IMG/VR virus record: IMGVR_UViG_3300033489_000003 | Coordinates: 32,001-96,000 of that record | From: a virus | Strand: one strand, 5' to 3' | DNA length: 64,000 nucleotides | Shown here: positions 10,120 to 19,218 of the stretch, one piece after another | How the letters are laid out: every line of letters begins with the position of its first letter | How positions within the stretch are numbered: the first letter of the stretch is position 1 | Notes under the pieces: model-generated | What the model saw: only the letters and a program-made list of their open reading frames with translations | Told to the model about the DNA's origin: nothing | Databases searched by the model: none | Translations under genes and position numbers: made by a program

Positions 10120-10809
10120 ATGAGTGCATTGTCAACGGCGTTCGTAACGAACCTGCTGAACCACTATTTCCAGAACGCCGACCATGCGAATATCGGTGAT
10201 GCTGCCGGGATCCAGAACAGCACGGCGGCGGGCAGCTTTTACCCCGCACTGCATTCTGCGGATCCAGGAGACGCCGGCTCTCAGAACACGAGCGAGATCA
10301 CGTACACTGGGTACGCGCGTCCAGCGATCGCGCGAAGCGCAGGCGGATTCTCTACGTCTGGCAAAACCGTAAGCCCTGTCGCTGAAATCAGCTTCGGCAA
10401 GCGCACGGACGTAGGGTCTACGACCGCATTCTTTTGGTCGATCGGCACGGACGTGTCGGGCGCTGGTAACCTGATTCTTCGCGGCGGCATCGGTCCTGCT
10501 CCAACGCCGTTCACTGCTGCGATAAGCGATACCGTGACGTCGAACGCGCACGGCATGATCGTCGATGACCGCGTCGTATTCTGGCAGTACGAGGCGGGCT
10601 CTCTGCCAACCGGCATAACGGAGGGCACGGTCTACTGGATCAAGACGGCGCCAGACGCCAACACGTTCACGGTGTCGACCACGCAGGGCGGCGCGACGCT
10701 CGACATCACGGCAGTCGGAAACGGAACGGTGCAGCGCATCACGCCCATCACGATCACGCAGAACGTTCGGCCTGTGCTCGAGACCGGCACGACGATTCGG
10801 TTGCAGTAG
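10120..10809 (+). CDS. Phage tail fibre-associated protein
   Basis: RBS AGGAGA; 'LLNHYF...ALHSADPG...EITYTGYAR' plus an FCCH-like 'HG...DRVVF...LPTGI..GTVYWI...NTFTVS' insert. Confidence 0.65.
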   Translation: MSALSTAFVTNLLNHYFQNADHANIGDAAGIQNSTAAGSFYPALHSADPGDAGSQNTSEITYTGYARPAIARSAGGFSTSGKTVSPVAEISFGKRTDVGSTTAFFWSIGTDVSGAGNLILRGGIGPAPTPFTAAISDTVTSNAHGMIVDDRVVFWQYEAGSLPTGITEGTVYWIKTAPDANTFTVSTTQGGATLDITAVGNGTVQRITPITITQNVRPVLETGTTIRLQ

Positions 10810-10811
10810 TC

Positions 10812-11663
10812 GTGCTTCTCCTTGCTAGCACGAGCGACCTGCTCCGCGTCACCACAGGCCAGGCCGTATCTTCGGTCCACGTGCACGCGTCGTGGGTCGA
10901 CATGCTCGCCGCAGCCGTCACGCCTGGCCGGACCAACACGCCCCCGATCACCACGGCCACGACGACGACCGTCGTCGCATCGCCAGCCGCAAGCACGTTC
11001 CGCACCGTCAAGACGCTCACCGTCCGGAACACGCACGCGTCATCGTCCGTCGACGTGACGGTAGTGCACACCGACGGCACGAACGCGATGGAGCTAGTCA
11101 AAGCGACGCTTTCGGCTGGCGACTCTCTCCACTACGACGAGCACAACGGCTTCACCGTGCGGGACAACCGCGGCCGCGTCATCATGCGGAGCGACGGCTT
11201 CGTGGCGGCAGCCGTTCAGTCGCTCAACACGGTCATTCTGGCGTCCGACGTCACCAATAACAACGCCGTCGCGAACACGATCGCGAACGTGACGGGGCTA
11301 GCCTTTCCGACGTCACCGAACGAGACCTACTGGTTCGAGTTCGTCATCGCCTACACTTCCGCCGCAACGACGACCGGCTCCCGTTGGTCGATCACCGGGC
11401 CGTCGTCGCCATCGCTGCTCCACTATCGCAGCGAATACACGCTCGCTGCGACGACGACGAGCCTGAACTCAGCGACTGCATATGACATTCCAGCCGCGTG
11501 CAATGCGACCAGTCTAACCGCCGGCAACATCGCGACGCTCTGGGGCATCATCCGAACCGCTGGCACTGGCGGCGACGTGACGGCGCGATTCGCGTCGGAG
11601 GTCGCCTCGAGCGCCATCGTCGCCAAGGCCGGCTCGGCTTGCCGTTGGATGCGCACGCTCTAA
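10812..11663 (+). CDS. Virion structural protein
   Basis: Thr/Ala-rich beta protein coupled within the tail cluster. Confidence 0.5.
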   Translation: MLLLASTSDLLRVTTGQAVSSVHVHASWVDMLAAAVTPGRTNTPPITTATTTTVVASPAASTFRTVKTLTVRNTHASSSVDVTVVHTDGTNAMELVKATLSAGDSLHYDEHNGFTVRDNRGRVIMRSDGFVAAAVQSLNTVILASDVTNNNAVANTIANVTGLAFPTSPNETYWFEFVIAYTSAATTTGSRWSITGPSSPSLLHYRSEYTLAATTTSLNSATAYDIPAACNATSLTAGNIATLWGIIRTAGTGGDVTARFASEVASSAIVAKAGSACRWMRTL

Positions 11664-11664
11664 C

Positions 11665-13350
11665 ATGGCTCGCCCCGGCGCATTCGACCGGCTGCTCGTT
11701 GCCGACGAGTGGTTCGACGAAGATGCCACGCCAGACTTCGCCGCTGAGTTCGCCGAGGCCGGCGGTGGCGAGGACGAGACCGTCATCGATGAGCCGGCGA
11801 CCGCGAATGCCGCGGCGACAGCTGACGGCGTCGCGCAAGCGGCCGTTTCAATCCCGGTCGAGGCCGGTTGCGAATCTGCCGCGGCCGGAGTCGCGCAAGC
11901 GGCTCAATCGGTGGCGGCCGTATCGGCCGGCGATGCGGAAGCGACAGCGGCGCCACGCGTCGACAATTCGGTAGCGTCCGAAGCTGCCGTAGCCTCCCAA
12001 GCGCTCGGAACTGGGCAGGCGGTAAGTTCGGCGGCGCCAACAACGTCGGCGGTGAGTTTCGTGGCCACGCTCGGCGGCGCCGATGTACCTGTTACGGTTG
12101 CAGCCGTTGCGGCGACGGCGGCCACGTCGTCTTGGCTGCTCGATCTGCCGCAGTCCGGCGCCGCGAGCTCCATCGCCTCCGCTTCGGCGGCGGAGCGCGC
12201 AGACGTCTCGGTGGCGGTGGCGGCTTCGGCCGAGTCTACATCCTCCGCGGATGGCACGGCGAACGCCAGCGCGGCCCCACAGACGGGCGGCGCGGCGTCG
12301 GCGTTCGGGTCAGGCGCCCAAGACCTTACGGCGGCACCGGCGGCCGTCTCGGCGTCTGGAGCGGCAGGCGCCGGGGCTCTACTTGTACCAGGCATCGGCG
12401 AGGCCGCGGCGGCTTCGCATGCGGCCGGCGCTGGCGCATCTACCTACGCATCGTCGCCAGCACTATCGGCGGCGTCGAGCACATCCGCCGACCATACCGC
12501 GCACGCTTACGTTTATGGATCTGCGGCTGGCGCCGAGAGCTCCGCATACGCGCAGGGGTCGGCGGTCAGGTCAGAATCGCCAAGCGTTGGCGGAGTAGCG
12601 ACCGCAACGGCGGCGCCGACTGGCGTTGCATCGTCTGCCGCTGAGGCAATCTGTCAGGCCAGCGGAGCGTCGTCGGCCCGCGCGGACGAGTACGCTGCGC
12701 CTGTTCTGCATGCTGCCTCGACGGCAAGTGCGGATTCCACTTCTAACCTTACGGCGGCGCCGGTAAACGGATCCACTTCGTCCGCGCACGCGATGGCAGC
12801 TCTAGCGCTGCCGATTGCGCCGGCCGCGGTAGGACCAAGCGCAGCTTACGGCACCAGTCTCGTCGAGCTCGTCGTCGCGCTCGACGCGCTATCGGTCCTG
12901 TCCGCCGAAGCCGTTGGCGGGGCATACGTAAGCCCAGCGCCCGAAATGTTCTCGGCAGCGCTCGCGTTCGCTGCTGCCGAGGGACTAGCGGACGTGCCCG
13001 GCGCGGCACACGCCACGTCCTCCGCGTTCGCGATCGGGAGATCCGACTCGTATCTGCCTTACGCGAGCGCTCCAGCCGCGCGCCGCATGACAGTGCACCG
13101 AGAGCGCCGCCAGTCCGCCGTCTTGGCTGAAGAGCGATCGACGGCGGCTACGGCCGAATACCGCACGGCTTCTGTCGCGGCAGAAATTCGAAGCGTCGTC
13201 GCGCTCGCCACAACGGGCATACGTATAGAAGTGCCAGCAGAGCGGCGCCGCGTCGTCGTTGCAACTGAACCGAGACGCACAGATGTGCCGCGAGAACCGC
13301 GCCGCTATAGCGTGTCGCGCGAACGGAGAAGCATCCAGGTGTCTCCATGA
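11665..13350 (+). CDS. Ala-rich tail-associated protein
   Basis: 561 aa Ala/Ser-rich; C-terminal 'V.AE.R' repeats. Confidence 0.55.
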   Translation: MARPGAFDRLLVADEWFDEDATPDFAAEFAEAGGGEDETVIDEPATANAAATADGVAQAAVSIPVEAGCESAAAGVAQAAQSVAAVSAGDAEATAAPRVDNSVASEAAVASQALGTGQAVSSAAPTTSAVSFVATLGGADVPVTVAAVAATAATSSWLLDLPQSGAASSIASASAAERADVSVAVAASAESTSSADGTANASAAPQTGGAASAFGSGAQDLTAAPAAVSASGAAGAGALLVPGIGEAAAASHAAGAGASTYASSPALSAASSTSADHTAHAYVYGSAAGAESSAYAQGSAVRSESPSVGGVATATAAPTGVASSAAEAICQASGASSARADEYAAPVLHAASTASADSTSNLTAAPVNGSTSSAHAMAALALPIAPAAVGPSAAYGTSLVELVVALDALSVLSAEAVGGAYVSPAPEMFSAALAFAAAEGLADVPGAAHATSSAFAIGRSDSYLPYASAPAARRMTVHRERRQSAVLAEERSTAATAEYRTASVAAEIRSVVALATTGIRIEVPAERRRVVVATEPRRTDVPREPRRYSVSRERRSIQVSP

Positions 13351-13628
13351 TCGGCAACTTCGGCAAAGACCCAGACGCTACCCTAGACTACACGATCGAC
13401 TGGTCGGCGTGGCTCGCTACCGGCGAAACTATCGTCATATCGACGTGGGCGATCGCCCCGTCAGGACCGACGAACACCGGCGAAAGCTTCAGCGCGAGCG
13501 CCGCCACGATATGGCTGTCTGGCGGGACCGTTGGCAAGAAATACAGGATCACGAATTCGATCACTACGTCGTCCGTGCCGCCACGCGTCGACAACCGGTC
13601 GTTTCAGATTGCAGTAGAGGATAGATGA
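13347..13628 (+). CDS. Phage fibre-tail adaptor-like protein
   Basis: 'KDPDATLDYTIDWSAWL..GETI...WLSGGT.G..Y.ITN.ITT' signature. Confidence 0.7.
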   Translation: MIGNFGKDPDATLDYTIDWSAWLATGETIVISTWAIAPSGPTNTGESFSASAATIWLSGGTVGKKYRITNSITTSSVPPRVDNRSFQIAVEDR

Positions 13629-14428
13629 CCACACCAAGAACTCTACGCGCAGGCATGCTAGGCGACGACGTTGCGGATTGGCAGCTGCAACTAGGAATCT
13701 TCCCGACGGGTCGCTTCGACCTCAACACCGAGACGATGACGAAGATGTGGCAGAGCGCGCACGGCTTGATGCCGGACGGGTACGTCGGTCCGCTCACGCG
13801 AGCGAAGATGGCCTCGACCGCGACGGTTCCGCCGCGGCCTGTGTCGCCACCGATCATGACGGCAAAGCCGGCTGAGTTCATCGCGGCAAAGAACTTCACG
13901 CGCGGCCGATACGGTACGCAGCCATCCGTGATCGTGATCCATTCAATGGAATCACAAGAAAAGCCGAACACCGCGCGCAACGTGGCGCTTTGGTTCGCTG
14001 GCGCGACGGCGCCGCAAGCCTCTGCTCACTTCAACGTAGATGCCGACGAGATTGTCCAGTGTGTCAATACTACCGACATGGCCTGGGGAGCACCTGGGGC
14101 GAATCGACAAGGCATCCACATCGAGCACGCTGGGCGCGCTTCGCAGACCGCGGAGCAATGGGCGGACGCGTACTCCGATGCGATGCTGCGCCGCTCCGCC
14201 GTGCTGGTCGCGGACCTGTGCCGCCGCCACGGCATCGCGATCAAGCGGATCGGGCCTGAGGAATTGAAGTCAGGCGCGCGTGGGATTTGTGGCCACGACA
14301 CAGTGTCGAAGGCATTCCCAGTAAAGGGCGGTCACACAGACCCTGGCCCCAACTTCGATTGGGCCAGATACATCGACCTCGTCATGACCGCCGATGGCAT
14401 GGGCGAGAAGCCCAACGTGGGCGCGTGA
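13625..14428 (+). CDS. Endolysin: PG-binding domain + N-acetylmuramoyl-L-alanine amidase
   Basis: 'WQ..HGLMPDGYVGPLT' PG-binding; IVIHS, SAHF, IHIEH, ICGH..., HTDPG Zn-amidase motifs. Confidence 0.9.
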   Translation: MTTPRTLRAGMLGDDVADWQLQLGIFPTGRFDLNTETMTKMWQSAHGLMPDGYVGPLTRAKMASTATVPPRPVSPPIMTAKPAEFIAAKNFTRGRYGTQPSVIVIHSMESQEKPNTARNVALWFAGATAPQASAHFNVDADEIVQCVNTTDMAWGAPGANRQGIHIEHAGRASQTAEQWADAYSDAMLRRSAVLVADLCRRHGIAIKRIGPEELKSGARGICGHDTVSKAFPVKGGHTDPGPNFDWARYIDLVMTADGMGEKPNVGA

Positions 14429-14433
14429 CGCAA

Positions 14434-14640
14434 ATGACCATGGCTGTACGCGCTGAACTCTCGCTCGAGATGCGAGTCAAAGTTCTTGAGGCTGACGTGA
14501 CGCTGCTCGTCAACTACGTCCGGGAACTCGCCAAGGAACGCGTGTCGCCAGAGACGCGAAAACGCATAGAGGACGAGTACGAGCAGTGCCGCTGCGAACT
14601 CGCGGATCTGATCGCGTCTCAGCCGAGCGGCAGCGTCTGA
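14434..14640 (+). CDS. Small hypothetical protein
   Basis: Short ORF after the endolysin. Confidence 0.4.
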   Translation: MTMAVRAELSLEMRVKVLEADVTLLVNYVRELAKERVSPETRKRIEDEYEQCRCELADLIASQPSGSV

Positions 14641-14715
14641 ATCACCGCGCCGCATAGGCGCTCCGTAAGCAAAAGCGTTTCACCACCGTGGGGGGATGGA
14701 TGGAGCCTGGCCCCC

Positions 14716-15516
14716 ATGAGAACAATTCTATTTGTCGTGTGCGCGTTGTTCCTTTTCGGTTGCTCTGGTGCCGACGTGGAAAGCGTCGAGTCAACGCAAT
14801 CACCGCTCGTCACCTACAGGACCGCGGTCAACGGATGGACCAATCTGCCGGCGGCCTCGCAGTACTACTGCCACACGACCAGCATGCGGGCGACTGGCGG
14901 TCACGCCGGAGCCGTGGTCTTTAACGGTGGCCTTGGCCAGATGGTCCCGGCGGCTGGCGCGGCGTTCGGCGGAGACACGAGCGCCATCGCGGCTATCCCG
15001 TACAACACCGCGCTCGGCACCTCGACCCAGGATGTGCAATGCGACTCGTGGTCGAACTTTCATGGATCGGGCGGGGCAATCGCCGGTCGTTACTGGCTAA
15101 GTTGGTCTGGCACCGGCATGCTGTCTGCGGTATCGGGCAGCATTGGGGCTTACTACCAGGACTCGGTGTGCGGACTATCGGGAGCGTGGAGCATGTCCCA
15201 TGCGTCCGAGAAGACCGACATCGACGTAACGAGCAACCAATGGCTCTACACGCTGAACGCCACGGGCTTTCGAGAGCTATCGGCACAGACGACTTGCGCG
15301 TGGCTCGGGCGTCCGCTCTACGGGCAGGAATGGATCACCGCGACCACTGCCTCATCGCCGTTCAGCAGCTACAGTTCGGCGAGCGGCGTGTGTTTGGTCA
15401 TGGCGATAACGGGCAATTTGGATGATGGGTCAGTATCGATCATCGGCGGATCGCAGATGCGGCTAGAAATCACCGGACAGGTCACCGGTGCAAAGGCCAT
15501 GTGCTTTCCGAAGTGA
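14716..15516 (+). CDS. Cys-rich secreted lipoprotein (paralogue of 25912-26763)
   Basis: Lipobox LFGC; C...I.GNLDD motif. Confidence 0.7.
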   Translation: MRTILFVVCALFLFGCSGADVESVESTQSPLVTYRTAVNGWTNLPAASQYYCHTTSMRATGGHAGAVVFNGGLGQMVPAAGAAFGGDTSAIAAIPYNTALGTSTQDVQCDSWSNFHGSGGAIAGRYWLSWSGTGMLSAVSGSIGAYYQDSVCGLSGAWSMSHASEKTDIDVTSNQWLYTLNATGFRELSAQTTCAWLGRPLYGQEWITATTASSPFSSYSSASGVCLVMAITGNLDDGSVSIIGGSQMRLEITGQVTGAKAMCFPK

Positions 15517-15749
15517 TTGATCCACCTGAACCCGGAAGCCTGCTCGAACATCTCTGCGGCCAGGTCACTCTCGAAAGCTGCGTCGCGTGCGAGAACGTCG
15601 CCGCTCAAGGTGAGGTCTGCGAACTGTGCCAAGGCGCCGGCATGACGACGGTCGAGCGTAACGACAAGTGGCGCGTTGCGCACGGCATGACGCCTCAACG
15701 TGGTCCACTTCCGCCAATGGCCGACCCGCCGACGATACCGCCTAAGTAA
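15513..15749 (+). CDS. Small Zn-finger protein
   Basis: GTGA overlap; CxxC...CxxC. Confidence 0.45.
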   Translation: MIDPPEPGSLLEHLCGQVTLESCVACENVAAQGEVCELCQGAGMTTVERNDKWRVAHGMTPQRGPLPPMADPPTIPPK

Positions 15750-15781
15750 CGGTTCCAAGAATCCGCAACAACGCATCATCC

Positions 15782-15835
15782 GCCGTCCACTGCGCCGGTC
15801 CGACTCCTATCGGCCTGCGCAGGGGACGGCTTTTT
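15782..15835 (+). terminator. Intrinsic terminator ending the late operon
   Basis: Long stem GCCGTCC-A-CTGCGC...GCGCAG-G-GGACGGC followed by TTTTT. Confidence 0.75.
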
Positions 15836-15905
15836 GCGTTTGTTCCCAAAGATCGATCTCACAACGGCTCGCTCGACTCGAATGTGATCGTGAGGCCGTG
15901 ACTGG

Positions 15906-16109
15906 TTACGGCAACCCGCACCACAGCGCGTCGATTCCGCGCCGCACAACCTCCGAGCGCGAGCACCCCCACTTTTGGGCCAGCACTCCGATCAGGATCG
16001 CGACCGTGGGGTGCAGCGAAAACGACGCGACGACCGTCTTACCTTCCGCGCGCCGCTTCTCCTGCGTCCACGTTTCGCCGTGGCTGGCCTTTTTGCTACG
16101 CTTCTTCAC
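15906..16109 (-). CDS. Ribbon-helix-helix (CopG-like) regulator
   Basis: VVASFSL...LAQKWGCSRSEVVRRGI; RBS GGAGGA. Confidence 0.65.
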   Translation of the reverse strand: MKKRSKKASHGETWTQEKRRAEGKTVVASFSLHPTVAILIGVLAQKWGCSRSEVVRRGIDALWCGLP

Positions 16110-16185
16110 GGTCGATCCTCCTATCAGGGTTGGCCCACGGCCCCGGGAGGTGTCTGCCTCGCCGGGGCCACCTCGTGGGGACGAT

Positions 16186-16419
16186 TTACTCGGCTGCCCA
16201 GCGCGCCGTTACATCGGCCTCGCCAGCGGCCGCCGCCCAATCCGATCGGCGGGACCAAGTGCCGCCAAGCACTGCGTGCAACAGGTCGCGCACCTCGCCG
16301 TCGTCGGCGTCACCAGGCTGCGAGACGAGAGCCTCCTTGCCGTCCACCTTCGCCTCGATGCCGTCGCCGAGGTAGGTCCACTCACCAACCACGTCACCCG
16401 CCTTTGCCGCGGTGGTCAT
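16186..16419 (-). CDS. Hypothetical protein
   Basis: ATGA-coupled small ORF. Confidence 0.45.
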   Translation of the reverse strand: MTTAAKAGDVVGEWTYLGDGIEAKVDGKEALVSQPGDADDGEVRDLLHAVLGGTWSRRSDWAAAAGEADVTARWAAE

Positions 16420-16676
16420 AGCGCCACCGTCGTCCCCGCCGGGAACACCAGCGTGGAGCACCCGAGACCGAGGGCGAGCGTCGAAATCTGCCCGCGGATG
16501 CGGAGCCGGTCGGCCTCGGACACCCATCGGCCCTCCCACTGAGAGGCCTCCGACTCACTGAGCAGGTACCGGCCGGCCGATCGCGCCGCAGCGGCATCGG
16601 TCAGCCGCGCGACCTCCGTACGACTCGCCTGGCCGAGTAGTTCGACTTGCTCGCTGCCGTGATTGTATTTGCTCAT
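16416..16676 (-). CDS. Hypothetical protein
   Basis: RBS AAGGAGAG before ATG at 16676. Confidence 0.5.
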   Translation of the reverse strand: MSKYNHGSEQVELLGQASRTEVARLTDAAAARSAGRYLLSESEASQWEGRWVSEADRLRIRGQISTLALGLGCSTLVFPAGTTVAL

Positions 16677-16722
16677 CTGCCTATCTCTCCTTGGAGGCGG
16701 TGTCTGCCGCCTCACAACACTC

Positions 16723-16750
16723 AAGATATCACCGCTATTAGCGGTGTCAA
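16723..16750 (-). promoter_or_regulatory. Sigma70-type promoter with a palindromic operator
   Basis: TTGACA-16 nt-TATCTT; perfect inverted repeat CACCGCTA-T-TAGCGGTG at 16730-16746. Confidence 0.65.
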
Positions 16751-16977
16751 GACTGTTGTGTCGATTATTCGTAAGTGCTTGAAACCACATGATATTACTC
16801 AGCGCCAGCTGGCGCCGTGACGATCGCTTCGGCCGCGTCCTCGACGCTCGCGATCGGTCCATCTGTGCCCCCTTGCTGACCACGCTAGCGCCGTGTTCGT
16901 GCGCTCGTCTACCCCTCACGGCGTAGCGATACTGTGGCGTAATCGCCGCTACCCAAACGTACTTACCGCCGGGACTT

Positions 16978-17202
16978 TCAGCCGCCTTCGCCTTCGGGTG
17001 AGGGCGGCTTTTTTGCGTTTGGTGCTTCGAGTGCTGCGCGCATCATGTCGGCGGCGCCGGCTTGGCCAACGGCCTCGACGTTTCGGATCCACTGCGCGAT
17101 CGCCGTTCGGAAGCGCTCGGTTTCTTCGCGGAGACTGTCGATCTCCGCGCGCAAGTGCGCCGGCCCTTTGCGAAACATCGCGTACCATTCCTCGTCGTTC
17201 AT
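16978..17202 (-). CDS. Small coiled-coil protein
   Basis: ATGA-coupled; last gene of the cas-containing run. Confidence 0.45.
   Translation of the reverse strand: MNDEEWYAMFRKGPAHLRAEIDSLREETERFRTAIAQWIRNVEAVGQAGAADMMRAALEAPNAKKPPSPEGEGG
16980..17014 (+). terminator. Intrinsic terminator (+ strand)
   Basis: AGCCGCCTTCGCC-TTCG-GGTGAGGGCGGCT-TTTTT. Confidence 0.75.
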
Positions 17203-17396
17203 TGTTCGGCCTCGTTCTCCGCGCACGCTTTCGGTTTGAGCCGTCGGCCACCAGCTATTTGGTTGAATCGCTTTAGCAGGTCGAGCCGCTTGAATTCGAG
17301 ATGAACGTTTTGATTGCGAAACGCCTTGAACCGAAACAGCGGAGTCTCCCCACGTCCTTCCCTTCCGCTCTGACCGATCGCCGTCTCCACCGCCAC
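17199..17396 (-). pseudogene. C-terminal fragment of a DUF4942-type protein
   Basis: GETPLFRFKAFRNQNVHLEFKRLDLLKRFNQIAGG resembles the DUF4942 C-terminus; no N-terminal part present. Confidence 0.45.
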
Positions 17397-17432
17397 TCGA
17401 CGCCGTCGTGAGACGCCGCCATTGCGCCAGAA

Positions 17433-18152
17433 TTACCGCAACCGACGCAGCTCGACCGCGTAGTATCGCCGTTCCCACTCCGCCCGCCCATGTCCGTCGC
17501 CGCGCCGCCCGCCTAGCGAAGCAACGCGAATGCGCGTCGCGTCTAGCTGCCCACCGAGCGAGCACGCGTAGGCCGGATGGATCGGCAGGTCGTGCTCGAC
17601 GAGATACGCGAACACGTCGAGCCCGGACCACCACCCGATGGGCGCGCACGTGGACGCGCTGGACTCGCCGTATGCGCGCATCCGCGCCTTGCGTTGCCCG
17701 CTCTCGTCGGCGCGTACGCCGCTCACGTGAGCAGCGCCGAAGCGTTGCGCCGCTTCAGCGAAGCCACGCTCAAGCGTGCCCGTAGCATGCCAGCCGTCTT
17801 CGTCGCGGATGCACTGGCTCACGATCTCGTGATAGTTTGAGCTCGGGTACGTTTGAAAAAAAGCGTCTCGCACGAGCGAGCAATCAGGGTTGCAGATAGG
17901 CTCAACGCGGATCCAAACGACAGGCACCTCCGCCGCAAGCCCGGACACCATGTGAGCGATCACGACCGAGTCCTTCCCCCAACTGACACCCGCGTAGCAT
18001 CGCGTCCTAGCTACGAATTCGGCGACAGCCGCGCGCGCCCTATCTACGTGACGACGGTAGAGCGACAACGACGCGTGGGCTCGCGCTGTCCTCTCAACTA
18101 TCTCCCACGCCGCAAGGTCATCTGGCGTGTGCCGCGGTGACGCAATCAGCAC
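17433..18152 (-). CDS. CysH/PAPS-reductase-like protein of a type IV-B locus
   Basis: PP-loop VSWGKDS; GVRADES..R; PIGWW...DVFAYL....LPIHPAY. Confidence 0.85.
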   Translation of the reverse strand: MLIASPRHTPDDLAAWEIVERTARAHASLSLYRRHVDRARAAVAEFVARTRCYAGVSWGKDSVVIAHMVSGLAAEVPVVWIRVEPICNPDCSLVRDAFFQTYPSSNYHEIVSQCIRDEDGWHATGTLERGFAEAAQRFGAAHVSGVRADESGQRKARMRAYGESSASTCAPIGWWSGLDVFAYLVEHDLPIHPAYACSLGGQLDATRIRVASLGGRRGDGHGRAEWERRYYAVELRRLR

Positions 18153-18613
18153 GGTCGCCACGCACCGAAAACGCTCTCGGCTAGCCTTTCGTGTTTGCGC
18201 CATTCGCCAAACCCAAACCGCTGCATCTCGTCCCACGTGGCAGATCGTGTCCAGCCTGTGTGAAGTCGATGGGCGGCGACAACGGCGCCTGTCCTATGCG
18301 ACCCTTTCCAACAATGCACGAGCGTTCCACGCACAAGAAGCGATAGCACGTTGAGCGCTGGTAATCCCAGATGCTCATCGATCGGAAATCGAACGTACTC
18401 AACGCCAAGCTTTGCGTAGGTGCTTGAGGCCAGCAGTTGGCGAGGATTGTCTCTGAGGTCGACGACGCGACGGATTGCGTTATGAGTCAATGCCAGCTTC
18501 AATTCTCCGGCGGAATACTTTCCGGATCGGAACAGCCCGCGGTCGAATTCTGCGAACCTGCGCAAGCTCGTCAGCCCGGCACCGCGCAAAGCTGCTCTCG
18601 CGAATGCATCCAA
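18146..18613 (-). CDS. Cys-dependent (CX5R) tyrosine/dual-specificity phosphatase
   Basis: LFRSG, VVDLR, LVHCWKGSHRTG; start uncertain. Confidence 0.85.
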   Translation of the reverse strand: MDAFARAALRGAGLTSLRRFAEFDRGLFRSGKYSAGELKLALTHNAIRRVVDLRDNPRQLLASSTYAKLGVEYVRFPIDEHLGLPALNVLSLLVRGTLVHCWKGSHRTGAVVAAHRLHTGWTRSATWDEMQRFGFGEWRKHERLAESVFGAWRPC

Positions 18614-19218
18614 TACGGAAACGTGATCGTTGCATACGCGAGCGGAGGATCCTCTAAACCTGGCCAGTCCGCCGGCAACGCGCGCAGTGGCTTACCATCT
18701 CGGACGACTGGAAACCCGTCTCCCCACGACTCATACGGGTCCACGGCCCACTCGCGAACCCTTCCGCGCCCGGTTGAACGCTTGTGCCCAAGGTAGCGAA
18801 CGAGAGTGAGCAGATCGCGAATGGCGTCAGCGTCACCCATGGCGAACCACTCAACCTCGTCGCGCTCTGCCCACGCTACTTCGCTCGGCAAGCGGTACGA
18901 CTTCGTTGGCCCTGCCGATAACAGAATCCGTCTGAACTTCGTTGCGCCCATTGCCTGCGCTTCGGCAAGCGGGAACTTGCGGTTGACGTATCGCAGCTCG
19001 TGCTGGTCGAATTTAGGCGTAGCGAACGAGCACAGGTGAAACCTACCGCAGGGCTCCTTCGTAACCGGGATCTCGATGTCGGCGAGTTCGCCGAATCCTG
19101 GCGGTGGCAGTTGATCGCGCTGTGCCACGGCCCACGCGAGCAGACCATCTAGGCGTAACGACCCGTCCCGTAGCGAGATGGGGCCATCTAGCCGCGCCGT
19201 GATTCGAAGCGGAGTCAC
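18571..19218 (-). CDS. csf3: Type IV CRISPR Cas5-family subunit
   Basis: PLRITARL...LDGLLA...GPTKSYRLP...GD...IRDLL....LGHKRSTGRGRV..W. Confidence 0.85.
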   Translation of the reverse strand: MTPLRITARLDGPISLRDGSLRLDGLLAWAVAQRDQLPPPGFGELADIEIPVTKEPCGRFHLCSFATPKFDQHELRYVNRKFPLAEAQAMGATKFRRILLSAGPTKSYRLPSEVAWAERDEVEWFAMGDADAIRDLLTLVRYLGHKRSTGRGRVREWAVDPYESWGDGFPVVRDGKPLRALPADWPGLEDPPLAYATITFPYWMHSREQLCAVPG

